A stretch of DNA of 64,000 bases from Smithellaceae bacterium (lineage in GTDB: Bacteria; Desulfobacterota; Syntrophia; Syntrophales; Smithellaceae). The notes below the pieces were generated by a model. It did not search any database, was not told the origin of the DNA, and was given only the letters and a program-made list of their open reading frames with translations. Both the position numbers and the translations under genes were made by a program. This document shows, in pieces, positions 30,747-41,214 of the stretch. The DNA lies in contig CAXXVL010000002.1 in the NCBI GenBank assembly GCA_963667845.2, positions 3,168,001 to 3,232,000 on the forward strand, read 5' to 3'. The stretch's first letter is position 1; every line of letters starts with the position of its first letter.

Positions 30747-30929
30747 ATACTGTCCGGTGCCGATTTTTTAATTCTTCAAAGCATAAGACTGCTGCGCATA
30801 TCTATAAAGACCCTATTATCACCATCAATGAATATCAAGTAAATTCAATGTAATGATAAAATATTTTTGGACAAATGATTATAAAAATAGTAAGCGTTCG
30901 TACACCGCAATACTTGGGAGCCGCCTTCG

Positions 30930-32030
30930 ATGCTATTTGATAAGACAGTTGCTGTTGTTGTCCCCGCATACAATGAAGAAAAACAGATCGGCCACGTCCT
31001 TTCAACCATGCCCGGTTTCGTTGATCGCATCATTGTGGTTAACGACTGTTCAAAGGACAACACGGCCGGCGTTGTTATGGCCTATATCAATCAAGATTGC
31101 GCAACCGGGAAAGTTATCAGCGAAGACCGATCCCAAATCGACGGCAATAAATATGACAGAGTGGAAACGCTGCTGAAAGATCAACAACAGAGGGACATTC
31201 AATATTATACACCCTCCGAAATAGCCAACACGCATCCCGACAGCGATCGGGTCATCCTGATCAACCACTTGAAGAATGGCGGCGTCGGCGCCGCCATCGC
31301 CCGCGGCTATAAATGGTGTCTCGACCACGCTATCGACTGCACGGCTGTTATGGCCGGCGACGGTCAGATGGATCCCGCCGAACTGGAAAAGATATGCAAC
31401 CCGATTTTGACCGATGACATCGACTACGTGAAAGGTAACCGGCTCATTCACGGCGGTGCTCGTCTGGTCATACCCAAGACGCGTTTTTTCGGCAATTCCA
31501 TCCTGTCGATATTAACCAAGATCGCCTCCGGCTACTGGCATGTCTCCGACACACAGACAGGATATACGGCCATTTCTCTTTCCGCGTTAAACGCGATTAA
31601 GATTCATGACATTTACCCCAGATACGGCATGCCCAACGATATGCTCGTTAAGCTGAATATTGCCTTCTGCACGATAAAAGAAATCAAAATCAAACCCGTT
31701 TACAATGTCGGCGAGACCTCTAAAATGAAGGTGCATAAAGTGATTCCCCGCATTGCATGGCTGCTTTTCAAAAGTTTCTTTAAAAGACTCTGGGTGAAAT
31801 ATCTTTTCCGTGATTTTCATCCGCTTTTTCTGCTTTATCATTTTGCCATCGTGGTGGGCCTCATTTCTTTGCCGTATGCCGTCAAGGTTCTAACGTATAC
31901 TCTTTTCCAGGAAACGGTTTCAGCCACGACAATGTTGGCATTTTTCTTCTTATTTACCAGTAGCTTTCAGTCGCTTTTATTCGCTATGTGGATGGATATT
32001 CAGGACAATGAGAGACTTTATAAATCTTGA
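30930..32030 (+). CDS. GT2 glycosyltransferase, DPM1-like, with two C-terminal TMs
   Basis: [36 protein letters not shown]. Confidence 0.9.
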   Translation: MLFDKTVAVVVPAYNEEKQIGHVLSTMPGFVDRIIVVNDCSKDNTAGVVMAYINQDCATGKVISEDRSQIDGNKYDRVETLLKDQQQRDIQYYTPSEIANTHPDSDRVILINHLKNGGVGAAIARGYKWCLDHAIDCTAVMAGDGQMDPAELEKICNPILTDDIDYVKGNRLIHGGARLVIPKTRFFGNSILSILTKIASGYWHVSDTQTGYTAISLSALNAIKIHDIYPRYGMPNDMLVKLNIAFCTIKEIKIKPVYNVGETSKMKVHKVIPRIAWLLFKSFFKRLWVKYLFRDFHPLFLLYHFAIVVGLISLPYAVKVLTYTLFQETVSATTMLAFFFLFTSSFQSLLFAMWMDIQDNERLYKS

Positions 32031-33640
32031 TTATGAGCAATAACAAAATGATGAAACATGAAAAAAACATCGCCGTCATCGGAGCAGGCAATTGGGGCAA
32101 AAACCTGATTCGTAACTATTTCGAGCTTGGTGCTCTCATCGCCGTCTGCGATAAAAGGCCGCAAGCTCTGGAAGAAATGCATAAGCTTTATCCATCCTGC
32201 GAAACTTATTCGTCGCTAAAAGATGTTCTCTCTCATCGTGACGTGGAGGCGATCGTCATTGCAACCCCCGCGGAAACTCACTTTATCCATGCCAGAGAGG
32301 CGCTTCTGTCCGGCAAGCATGTGTTTGTGGAAAAACCGATGACGCTCGCCGAAAAAGACGCTGAAGAAATGATCCGCATTGCGCAGGAACATCAGCGGAT
32401 ATTGATGGTTGGTCATCTTCTCCAGCATCATCCGGTTTTTGCGAAACTCAAACAAATAGCCGTAAGCGGCGAATTGGGGCGAATCAACTATATTTACTCG
32501 CATCGGTTGAATCTGGGTAAAATCCGCAGAGAAGAAAATATTCTCTGGTCCTTCGCTCCCCACGATATCTCGATGATCGTCGCCCTGGCCGGAGAAGAAC
32601 CGGAAAGCGTCCTAGCAACCGGCGGAAACTACCTTCATAAGAAGATTGCCGATGTTACCACGACGCATCTGGAATTTTCTTCCGGCCTGAAAGCCCATAT
32701 TTTTGTCTCCTGGCTGCATCCCTTCAAAGACCAGAAACTGGTGGTCGTCGGTGACCGGAAAATGGCCGTTTTCGACGATACGCTGCCCTGGGAAGAAAAA
32801 CTGCTGATCTATCCTCATTCCGTAAAATGGGAGCATAATATCCCCGTACCGACAAAAGGAATTCCCGAACGTATCGCCGTTCCGTATGCCGAACCACTGA
32901 AGCTGGAATGCGAACATTTTCTGGATTGCATTAGAAAAAATAAACAGCCGTTAACAGACGGCGCTGAAGGCCTGCGCGTTCTCCGGATCTTAAATGCAGC
33001 GGAGCGTTCTCTTAACGAAAATGGTCAGAGAATCAATTTGCCGAAGAAGCAGACGGCCACAGAGGCAAATGCGACAACCGCTTTCATTCATCCGACAGCA
33101 TCAATTGATGATCGTGTCGCAATCGGACCCGGGACAAAAATCTGGCATTTTTCCCATGTTCTTTCCGATTCGAAAATCGGTCAAAATTGCTCAATCGGGC
33201 AAAATGTCGTGATCGGGCCGGATGTCGCCATCGGTGACCACTGCAAAATCCAAAATAATGTTTCCGTATATAAAGGTGTAACATTGAGTGATGGCGTTTT
33301 TTGCGGCCCATCGGTTGTCTTCACCAATGTTATCAACCCACGCTCCGAAATTCGCAGAATGTCCGAAATCAAACCTACATTGGTTAAAAAAGGTGCGACC
33401 CTCGGCGCTAACTCAACAATTGTCTGTGGCCACACCATCGGCAGTTATGCCTTCGTCGCCGCGGGCGCTGTTGTGACCAAAGATGTGCTCGATCACGCTT
33501 TAATAGCCGGCAATCCTGCTCGTCAAATGGGCTGGATCTGCCAGTGCGGGCATAAGCTTAATACAAAACATCAATGTCCGGCGTGCGGAAATAGGTATAA
33601 GATAAAACCTAAACAACAAGGGTTGCTGAAGATAAAATGA
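32027..33640 (+). CDS. Fusion of a Gfo/Idh/MocA sugar oxidase (WbpB-like) and a hexapeptide N-acetyltransferase (WbpD-like)
   Basis: GAGNWG and VEKP; C-terminal [40 protein letters not shown]. Confidence 0.88.
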   Translation: MIMSNNKMMKHEKNIAVIGAGNWGKNLIRNYFELGALIAVCDKRPQALEEMHKLYPSCETYSSLKDVLSHRDVEAIVIATPAETHFIHAREALLSGKHVFVEKPMTLAEKDAEEMIRIAQEHQRILMVGHLLQHHPVFAKLKQIAVSGELGRINYIYSHRLNLGKIRREENILWSFAPHDISMIVALAGEEPESVLATGGNYLHKKIADVTTTHLEFSSGLKAHIFVSWLHPFKDQKLVVVGDRKMAVFDDTLPWEEKLLIYPHSVKWEHNIPVPTKGIPERIAVPYAEPLKLECEHFLDCIRKNKQPLTDGAEGLRVLRILNAAERSLNENGQRINLPKKQTATEANATTAFIHPTASIDDRVAIGPGTKIWHFSHVLSDSKIGQNCSIGQNVVIGPDVAIGDHCKIQNNVSVYKGVTLSDGVFCGPSVVFTNVINPRSEIRRMSEIKPTLVKKGATLGANSTIVCGHTIGSYAFVAAGAVVTKDVLDHALIAGNPARQMGWICQCGHKLNTKHQCPACGNRYKIKPKQQGLLKIK

Positions 33641-33960
33641 TATACTGCTGTGGTCATTTGAGATTGATTACCATGCGCGGTTTGCCTGTATGCGGCAATA
33701 ATAGTGCCGTCATGGGCACACAAATCCGTTATTTAGTCGGCGCAATTGAAAGTCTAAACCGGTAACCGAATAACCTTTTGATAATTATTAGATCCCCCAT
33801 TCCCTCAGTTCGATCGCAAATTCAATTTGATAAGTCGCCGTCGCGCGCAGTCCGACTTTGATGCTTTTCTCTGAATGAAAACGTTCTTGGACTCGTTTGC
33901 CAGTTTTCTTTAGCTGATAAATAGAATTCCTATAAGAAAAGAATCCTTTTTAAAATAAAC

Positions 33961-34006
33961 TTGACAATAAACTTTTATGTGTTATGAGTAGGATAACTAC
34001 TCATAA
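33961..34006 (+). promoter_or_regulatory. sigma70 -35 box followed by a perfect palindromic operator
   Basis: TTGACA at 33961-33966; TTATGAGTAG-GATAA-CTACTCATAA at 33982-34006 overlaps the -10/+1 region. Confidence 0.75.
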
Positions 34007-34016
34007 TGGAATATAT

Positions 34017-34568
34017 ATGAACGACCTTTTTGCAGGGCTTATATCATCGAAGACTAGAATCAGTCTGCTCATGCGCTTTTTTTTCAACCCTGGAACAAAA
34101 TCATACCTCAGGGAACTTTCCAACGATCTTCAGGTTTCGACCAACGCCGTCCGTGAAGAGCTGAATCAGCTCACAAAAACGAAGCTTCTTACCTCGGAAA
34201 GAGAAGGACGCAATGTTTTTTACACGGCAAATAATGATCACCCTCTTTTCCCGGAGCTGAAATCCATGGTCGGCAAAGTCATGGGCCTGGACCAAGTTAT
34301 CGACAGCATTCTCACCAGATTGGGAGACCTGGAAAAAGCCTACATCATCGACGATTATGCCGAAGGCAAGGATACCGGAATCATCGATTTGGTGCTGGTC
34401 GGAAACATTGACCAATATCACCTGAACGATTTGAGCAGGAAAACTGAACGCTACATCAAGCGCAAGATTCGTTCCCTGGTGCTGTCCAAGCAGGAATTCA
34501 AGACTTTCCAGCCTTCGCTGGAAAAGCGGTCTTACTTTTTGGTATGGGAACGGCAAGGCAATAAATAG
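34017..34568 (+). CDS. ArsR-like winged-helix regulator fused to a degenerate nucleotidyltransferase-like domain
   Basis: SYLRELSNDLQVSTNAVREELNQL HTH; DDYAEGKDTGIIDLVLVG. Confidence 0.85.
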   Translation: MNDLFAGLISSKTRISLLMRFFFNPGTKSYLRELSNDLQVSTNAVREELNQLTKTKLLTSEREGRNVFYTANNDHPLFPELKSMVGKVMGLDQVIDSILTRLGDLEKAYIIDDYAEGKDTGIIDLVLVGNIDQYHLNDLSRKTERYIKRKIRSLVLSKQEFKTFQPSLEKRSYFLVWERQGNK

Positions 34569-34821
34569 CCATTCCCTGCGCGCCGGAAAACACAGTACAA
34601 TATTTACTTACCACCAGAGTTGCAGTTGTCACTTTGTAACTCAAGGTGCGGAGCTGAATCTGGAAAGATTATCTAAATATGATTATTTCGCCAGTGACTA
34701 AATTTGAAGCAAACGTTAAAAGAGATCATTCATTGAGAACGGCCATCGGAACACTGGACTCTTATAGGTGCCACTTGGGGGTATGGACTATCTAAAGAAT
34801 CTGGAATGACGGTAAAGACGA

Positions 34822-35406
34822 GTGGAAAATATGAATATGAATCAAAATAAACGTTTTGATTTTCATCTCACGCCTCTCGAAGGGCTTTGGGTCATTCAAC
34901 GGAAGCCAATGGAGGATGCACGTGGCTTTTTTGCCCGGTTCTTTTGTTTAGAAGAATTCCGAGCGGCCGGATTGCGAAAACCAATTGCACAGATCAATCA
35001 CACATATACTTTAAAAAAAGGGACCATACGCGGCCTCCATTTCCAGCATCCACCGCACGCCGAATGCAAAGTCGTCAATTGCCTGCGGGGAGAGGTTTAC
35101 GATGTGGCTGTGGATATCCGAAAGGGTTCTTCCACTTTTATGCAATGGCACGGTGAAATTCTTTCTGCTGCTAATCAGAAGAGCCTACTTATCCCCGAAG
35201 GCTTCGCACATGGTTTTCAGACGCTCAGCGATGACTGCGAATTGATTTACCTCCATACCGCAGCATTTCACGACCTCTCAGAAGCTGCTATCAATATAGC
35301 CGACCCGGAAATCGGAATTATCTGGCCCCTACCTATAACAGATATTTCAGATCGCGATCGCCTTCATCCATTTATAACCGAGAAATTTAAGGGGGTAGAA
35401 GTATGA
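34822..35406 (+). CDS. rfbC: NDP-4-keto-6-deoxyhexose 3,5-epimerase (RmlC family)
   Basis: DARGFF, RGLHFQ, DVAVDIR, IPEGFAHGF. Confidence 0.92.
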   Translation: MENMNMNQNKRFDFHLTPLEGLWVIQRKPMEDARGFFARFFCLEEFRAAGLRKPIAQINHTYTLKKGTIRGLHFQHPPHAECKVVNCLRGEVYDVAVDIRKGSSTFMQWHGEILSAANQKSLLIPEGFAHGFQTLSDDCELIYLHTAAFHDLSEAAINIADPEIGIIWPLPITDISDRDRLHPFITEKFKGVEV

Positions 35407-36632
35407 AATGTCGCCACTGTGGATCAAACGTAACTTTGACATTAATAGATCTCGGCAGTGCTCCACCATCAAATGCCTATCTTACAAAATTGACAATGAA
35501 CCGACCGGAGAAATGGTTTCCATTAAAAGTCCTCGTGTGCGAATCTTGCTGGTTAGTACAAGCCCAGGCTTACTCGAGAGCGGCAGAATTATTTAACGAC
35601 GAATATGCTTACTTTAGTTCTTTTTCTGCAATATGGTTGGCTCATGCCGAACACTATGTTAATTCCATGGTCGGACGCTTTGGTCTGAGTGCTGGTAGCC
35701 AGGTTGTGGAAGTGGCCTCCAATGATGGATATCTGCTGCAATATGTCAAGCAGCGAGGAATTCCCTGCCTAGGGATTGAGCCCACCGCCAGCACCGCCTC
35801 GGCGGCTCGGCTCAAGGGCATTGAAACTTTGGAGGAGTTTTTCGGTGTCGGCTTGGCTCAAACGCTGGTAGACCATGGCAAGCAAGCCGATCTGATAGTA
35901 GCCAACAATGTCTTGGCTCATGTGCCGGATATTAATGATTTTGTAAAAGGTTTCGTTCTCCTGCTCAAACCAAAAGGTGTCGCGACTTTTGAGTTTCCAC
36001 ATCTGATGCATTTAATTGAACAAAAGCAGTTTGACACGATTTATCATGAACATTTTTCCTACCTGTCTTTCAGCACAGTAGAGCACATTTTCAGAGTCAA
36101 CGGACTTACAGTGTTCGATGTAGAAGAACTTGAAACCCACGGCGGAAGCCTGCGCGTCTTCGTCCAGAGAACGGATACGGGCACGCACCCTATTGGCGAA
36201 AAGGTTGCGAAGTTGATGGATAGAGAAGCCGCAGCTGGAATGAAGAATGTCCCTTACTACCAAGGCTTTCAAGAAGAAGCCAATAAAGTAAAGAACGATT
36301 TACTCGCTTTTCTCCTGAACGCCAAGCGTCAAGGAAAGATTGTTTCTGCTTATGGTGCCGCTGCTAAGGGGAATACTCTCTTTAACTACGCAGGGATCAA
36401 ACCGGACCTAATACCTTTCGTCTGCGATGCGTCACCCTCCAAACAGGGGAAATTTCTCCCCGGCAGCCGCATTCCCATTTTGCCACCCGCAGCTCTTAAG
36501 GAAAAGAAACCGGACATCGTACTGATTGTGCCATGGAATATCGCCGACGAAATCACTGAGCAACATGGCTATGTGCGGGAGTGGGGGGGAGCCTTTTTTG
36601 TGGCTGTGCCTGAGGTGAGAAAAATATCATGA
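35403..36632 (+). CDS. NDP-hexose C-methyltransferase
   Basis: CRHC...CESC zinc site, EVASNDG, FDTIYHEH, HGGSLR, YGAAAKG. Confidence 0.9.
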   Translation: MKCRHCGSNVTLTLIDLGSAPPSNAYLTKLTMNRPEKWFPLKVLVCESCWLVQAQAYSRAAELFNDEYAYFSSFSAIWLAHAEHYVNSMVGRFGLSAGSQVVEVASNDGYLLQYVKQRGIPCLGIEPTASTASAARLKGIETLEEFFGVGLAQTLVDHGKQADLIVANNVLAHVPDINDFVKGFVLLLKPKGVATFEFPHLMHLIEQKQFDTIYHEHFSYLSFSTVEHIFRVNGLTVFDVEELETHGGSLRVFVQRTDTGTHPIGEKVAKLMDREAAAGMKNVPYYQGFQEEANKVKNDLLAFLLNAKRQGKIVSAYGAAAKGNTLFNYAGIKPDLIPFVCDASPSKQGKFLPGSRIPILPPAALKEKKPDIVLIVPWNIADEITEQHGYVREWGGAFFVAVPEVRKIS

Positions 36633-37579
36633 CAATAAATAGCAATTCACCAATAAGAATTTTAGTGACAGGTGCGTCAGGCTTCATCGGCAGACACTGT
36701 CTGCCGCTTTTACTGGAAAAAGGTTTTGATGTTCATGCCGCAGATGTTATTATTCCAGAAAATAATTCTTATGGTATCAAATGGCATGACGTAGATTTAT
36801 TAGACACACAGATGACTAATAAATTGATTGAAACGATTCATCCAACCCACCTCCTTCATTTTGCCTGGTATGCCAAGCCGGGCGAATATTGGACTTCTAC
36901 TGCAAATGTTCACTGGTTGGAGGGGAGCTTACATTTACTGCGTGTTTTTCAAAAGAATGGCGGCATGCGAGTGGTTATGGCCGGGAGCTGTGCTGAATAT
37001 GACTGGAATTTTGGCTGTTGTTCCGAATACACAACGCCACTGATTCCATCGTCGTTGTATGGGACCTGCAAAAACGCTATGCAACATGTATTGAAAGACT
37101 TCTCTCGGCAAACAAATCTAAGCAGTGCCTGGGGGAGGATTTTCTTTCTCTATGGACCTCATGAGAATCCCAATCGCCTTGTTTCATCTGTCATCTTAAA
37201 CTTGATCCGTAATAAGACCGCTCTATGTTCTCATGGAAATCAGATCCGCGATTTTTTACACGTTAAAGATGTTGCATCGGCTTTTGTCACATTACTGATG
37301 AGTAATATTAATGGACCTGTCAATATAGCCTCCGGAAAACCAATTTCCTTGAAGGAAATTATTTTATCAATAGCCGATAAACTAGGTAAGAACGACCTAG
37401 TTCAATTAGGAGCGCTTTCGCAAAAGGAAAATGAGCCTTCTGTATTATTTGCTGATACCAAAAGATTATTCAGTGAAGTTATCTGGCAGCCTCAATATGA
37501 TATTGATGGGGGGATCGAAGAGACTATCGACTGGTGGCAGCAAGAATGCCGCGCTGCTATGAAACGGGGTCAAAATTAA
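36629..37579 (+). CDS. NAD-dependent epimerase / 4-keto reductase (extended SDR)
   Basis: TGASGFIG, YGTCK, RDFLHV. Confidence 0.9.
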   Translation: MTINSNSPIRILVTGASGFIGRHCLPLLLEKGFDVHAADVIIPENNSYGIKWHDVDLLDTQMTNKLIETIHPTHLLHFAWYAKPGEYWTSTANVHWLEGSLHLLRVFQKNGGMRVVMAGSCAEYDWNFGCCSEYTTPLIPSSLYGTCKNAMQHVLKDFSRQTNLSSAWGRIFFLYGPHENPNRLVSSVILNLIRNKTALCSHGNQIRDFLHVKDVASAFVTLLMSNINGPVNIASGKPISLKEIILSIADKLGKNDLVQLGALSQKENEPSVLFADTKRLFSEVIWQPQYDIDGGIEETIDWWQQECRAAMKRGQN

Positions 37580-37597
37580 AGCTGTAGACGGAAAAGG

Positions 37598-38674
37598 ATG
37601 AACGCTAAAATCATCTATCAAATGGCTGGCCTGCCCGTTCAACAGAATCGCTTCTATGATACAGAAAGTGATGCCATAGACTGCCCTGTGGGAGATTTGA
37701 TACTGGTTCAGGACCCGTTGACCGGCCTTGTACACAATACTGCCTTCAAGCCGGAGTTGATGAAGTACGATAAGAATTACCAGAACGAACAAGGCTATTC
37801 CGCCGTATTTGAACAACATTTGTTCAAGGTCTCAGATATTATTCGACTCTACTTTACCAAGAAATCGATACTTGAAATCGGTTGCGGCAAGGGAAAGTTC
37901 CTCGATCTCATGAAAGATCAAGGTTTCTCAATCATTGGAATAGATCCCGCCTATGAAGGAAATGATCCAGATGTTATCAAAAAACCTTTTTCGCCATCAC
38001 TTGGCTTGACCGGACAGGCCATTATCCTCCGTCATGTTCTTGAGCACATTCCGAATCCCATACGTTTTCTTGCTTCAATCGCTGAAGCAAACGGTGGCGA
38101 TGGGTTGATTTATATCGAAGTCCCATCTCTTGACTGGATAAGCGATCATCGGGCGTGGTTTGATCTTTTTTTTGAACACGTTAATTACTTCAGACTATCC
38201 GACTTCTTCCGTCTATTTTCGCGGATTCTTGATTCAGGAAGTTTTTTCGGCGGACAATACCTTTATATCGTAGCCGATCTTGCATCTTTGTGCTTGAATC
38301 CCAGCAAGAACGTTCATAAATTCCATCTACCTGCGGATTTTCTTGATGGCATTGACCGCGCTATCGCTACAATGAATAATCATCGTGGGAGAAAAAATGC
38401 CATATGGGGTGGTGGATCGAAAGGAGTCATTTTTTCATTGCATTTGCTGCGACGTGGTGGAGTAACTCCGAATTCTGTCATTGACATCAATCCACACAAA
38501 CAGGGAAAATTCATGCCGGTGACAGGTTTACCGGTGTTATCACCGGAGAATGGCTTGTCAGGTATGGCTCGCAATGACGCCATATTCGTCATGAACTCCA
38601 ATTACGCCGAAGAAATCAAAGCGACTGCGGGCAATAAATTCATTTATTACAAGGTGGATCAAAATGAGTTTTGA
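37598..38674 (+). CDS. Class I SAM methyltransferase (C-methyltransferase-like)
   Basis: LEIGCGKG, RHVLEH, FEHVNYF, WGGGSKG. Confidence 0.85.
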   Translation: MNAKIIYQMAGLPVQQNRFYDTESDAIDCPVGDLILVQDPLTGLVHNTAFKPELMKYDKNYQNEQGYSAVFEQHLFKVSDIIRLYFTKKSILEIGCGKGKFLDLMKDQGFSIIGIDPAYEGNDPDVIKKPFSPSLGLTGQAIILRHVLEHIPNPIRFLASIAEANGGDGLIYIEVPSLDWISDHRAWFDLFFEHVNYFRLSDFFRLFSRILDSGSFFGGQYLYIVADLASLCLNPSKNVHKFHLPADFLDGIDRAIATMNNHRGRKNAIWGGGSKGVIFSLHLLRRGGVTPNSVIDINPHKQGKFMPVTGLPVLSPENGLSGMARNDAIFVMNSNYAEEIKATAGNKFIYYKVDQNEF

Positions 38675-39470
38675 ACAAGAAGTTCAAGCAAGAATTGAAC
38701 ACAACGGCAAGAACTCTCTTCTGCTTCGGGCTAAATCAGAATTTTTGTGCCAATCGATCAAGTCCAGTTATTCATATAATTTTTCCTGGCTGGGACGCCC
38801 AATCATTCAGTATCCACAGGACATAGTTGCCATGCAGGAACTGGTCTGGCAGGTTCAACCTGATCTAATCATCGAAACCGGTATCGCCCACGGCGGCTCA
38901 TTAATCCTGAGTGCTTCCATGCTGGCGATGATCGACTACTGCGAAGCGCTAGAGCGGGGCAAGAAGCTAGATCCCGCCGCCAGCTGCCGTCGGGTTCTCG
39001 GGTTGGATATCGATATCCGAGCACATAACCGCGCCGCCATTTTGGCACACCCGCTTGCCCACAAAATCAAAATGCTCCAGGGCTCCAGCATTGCCTCTGA
39101 CATTATTGCTCAAGTGCATGAATACAGTAAAAGATATAAGCGTATTTTCGTCTGCCTTGACTCAAATCACACGCATGAACACGTCCTCGCCGAACTGGAG
39201 GCCTACGCGCCTCTGGTTTCTCAGGATAGCTACTGTATTGTCTTCGACACAATCATCGAGGACATGCCGGAAGACATGTTCCCCGACCGCCCCTGGGGCA
39301 AAGGAAACAACCCGAAGACCGCTGTGCGAGATTACCTGCGCCGCCTGAACGAAGGTGGCCGCGCTGCTGCCGATGGCACCCCCCTCCGTTTCGAGATCGA
39401 TAAAATGATTGAAAACAAATTGCTTATGACCGTTGCTCCCGATGGGTATTTAAAGAGGATTGCCTTATAA
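38664..39470 (+). CDS. CmcI (cephalosporin hydroxylase) family methyltransferase-like protein
   Basis: WLGRPIIQYPQD, ETGIAHGGS, DSNHTHEHV, GNNPKTA. Confidence 0.9.
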   Translation: MSFEQEVQARIEHNGKNSLLLRAKSEFLCQSIKSSYSYNFSWLGRPIIQYPQDIVAMQELVWQVQPDLIIETGIAHGGSLILSASMLAMIDYCEALERGKKLDPAASCRRVLGLDIDIRAHNRAAILAHPLAHKIKMLQGSSIASDIIAQVHEYSKRYKRIFVCLDSNHTHEHVLAELEAYAPLVSQDSYCIVFDTIIEDMPEDMFPDRPWGKGNNPKTAVRDYLRRLNEGGRAAADGTPLRFEIDKMIENKLLMTVAPDGYLKRIAL

Positions 39471-39596
39471 CCCTGCTTAAAAAGTACTGTAACCAACCTT
39501 TGCGTATCAGGTTATTATAAAAGTGTTTGCATTTTCCCCCATTTTTCAAAAAACATCATTTAGTTCAGGGCAATTGGTCCGTCCTCTGCCAGTAAA

Positions 39597-41108
39597 ATGC
39601 TAAAGCGCAATCTTATCGCCAACTACCTCGCGCAGGGCTGGATTGCAGTGATGGGACTGGCTTTTATCCCACTGTACATAAAGTATCTGGGTATCGAGGC
39701 ATATGGATTGATCGGTCTTTTTGCCGCGCTCACCGCCTGGCTGAGTCTATTCGATATAGGAATGACGTCGATGCTTGGCCGCGAAATGGCACGCTTTACT
39801 GGAGGCAACAACAGTCCCCAATCCATTCGTGACCTGCTTCGCAGCGTCGAGATCATCGCCATCGTCATTGCCCTGCTCATCGCCGGTGGCATCGCGGTTG
39901 GTTCCAACTGGATCGCCACGTCATGGCTGACAGCCGATAATCTTCCGGTCGAGGTGGTTGCACAGGCATTAGGTATCATGGGTATGGTCACCGCGTTACG
40001 ATTCGTCGAAAATGTCTACCGCAGTAGTATAGTTGGCCTCCAGCGCCAGGTTGTATTAAGTTTTATTAATGGCGCCATGGCTACGCTACGTGGCCTTGGC
40101 GCCGTCGCGATTCTCGCTTGGTTATCTCCCACCATTCATGCTTTTTTTCTATGGCAGGGGCTGCTATCCATTCTAACACTCGTGATTTTAGGTGCAACCA
40201 CCTATCAGGCCCTTCCACAATCGCAGCGGAATGGGCGCTTTTCGTTGGACGCCATGCGCGGTGTCTGGCGTTTTGCTGGGGGCATAATCGGCATTACCTT
40301 TCTGGCCTTGCTTCTGACGCAAGTCGACAAGATTCTACTTTCAAAACTTTTATCGCTGAGCGAATACGGATTCTACACACTGGCTACTGTCGTCGCCAGT
40401 GCTCTCTATCAACTGATCGGCCCGATTACCACGGCTTTTTATCCCCAGTTTTGTAAATTTTACGAGCGGCGGGAGGAAGCTTTGCTCATTGACGCTTACC
40501 ACAAGGGAGCCCAAATGGTAACCGTTATAGCAGGCAGTGCGGCGATTGTGCTGATGTTGTATGCCAAAACGTTTCTCAGCCTCTGGACCCAGGACGCCGC
40601 TTTGGCAGACAAGGTCTGGCCGCTGCTTGCGCTACTGATGCTGGGCACGCTGTTAAACGGGTTAATGTGGGTCCCCTACCAGACACAACTGGCCCACGGG
40701 TGGACCAGTTTGTCTGTAAAAATCAATCTAATTGCCGTGACCTTTATCGTACCTGCACTTCTGTTGATAGTGCCGCGCTACGGTGCCATTGGAGCCGCCT
40801 GGGTCTGGGCAGTTCTGAATTCTGGATATGTGTTTATAGGCGTTCATTTCATGTACCGGCGAATACTCACCCGGGAGAAGTGGCGCTGGTATATTCAGGA
40901 TATCTTCAAGCCCCTTGCCGCGGCGATCCTAGTGGCCAGTTCGGTATACCTATTCTGGCCTGGCAGCGCTGATAACTGGCTTGAGCAGGCGGTCCAACTG
41001 ACCCTTGCATCGCTACTGACCATTGCCTCAGCAACCTGGGCGGCTGGGCTATTGCGACAAGAGGTGTTGAGGCATATACGGCATGTTTGGCTAATGATGC
41101 GGCAGTGA
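39597..41108 (+). CDS. wzx: Wzx-type polysaccharide flippase
   Basis: About 12-14 TMs, LGIEAYG, QVDKILLSKLL...YGFY, YGAIGAA. Confidence 0.88.
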   Translation: MLKRNLIANYLAQGWIAVMGLAFIPLYIKYLGIEAYGLIGLFAALTAWLSLFDIGMTSMLGREMARFTGGNNSPQSIRDLLRSVEIIAIVIALLIAGGIAVGSNWIATSWLTADNLPVEVVAQALGIMGMVTALRFVENVYRSSIVGLQRQVVLSFINGAMATLRGLGAVAILAWLSPTIHAFFLWQGLLSILTLVILGATTYQALPQSQRNGRFSLDAMRGVWRFAGGIIGITFLALLLTQVDKILLSKLLSLSEYGFYTLATVVASALYQLIGPITTAFYPQFCKFYERREEALLIDAYHKGAQMVTVIAGSAAIVLMLYAKTFLSLWTQDAALADKVWPLLALLMLGTLLNGLMWVPYQTQLAHGWTSLSVKINLIAVTFIVPALLLIVPRYGAIGAAWVWAVLNSGYVFIGVHFMYRRILTREKWRWYIQDIFKPLAAAILVASSVYLFWPGSADNWLEQAVQLTLASLLTIASATWAAGLLRQEVLRHIRHVWLMMRQ

Positions 41109-41214
41109 GCCGTTGAATGGCACCTTTGCATGCGACGCTGTCGCGTTATTGGCGCACGGTTTTTATCGTGAGAGCAGCTGTGTTTGATACTTAGCAGAAC
41201 CAAATGCCAAGCCA

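Noticed and set aside
33984..34568. MNT-HEPN toxin-antitoxin module
   Set aside because: The catalytic motif is degenerate and no HEPN gene is adjacent.
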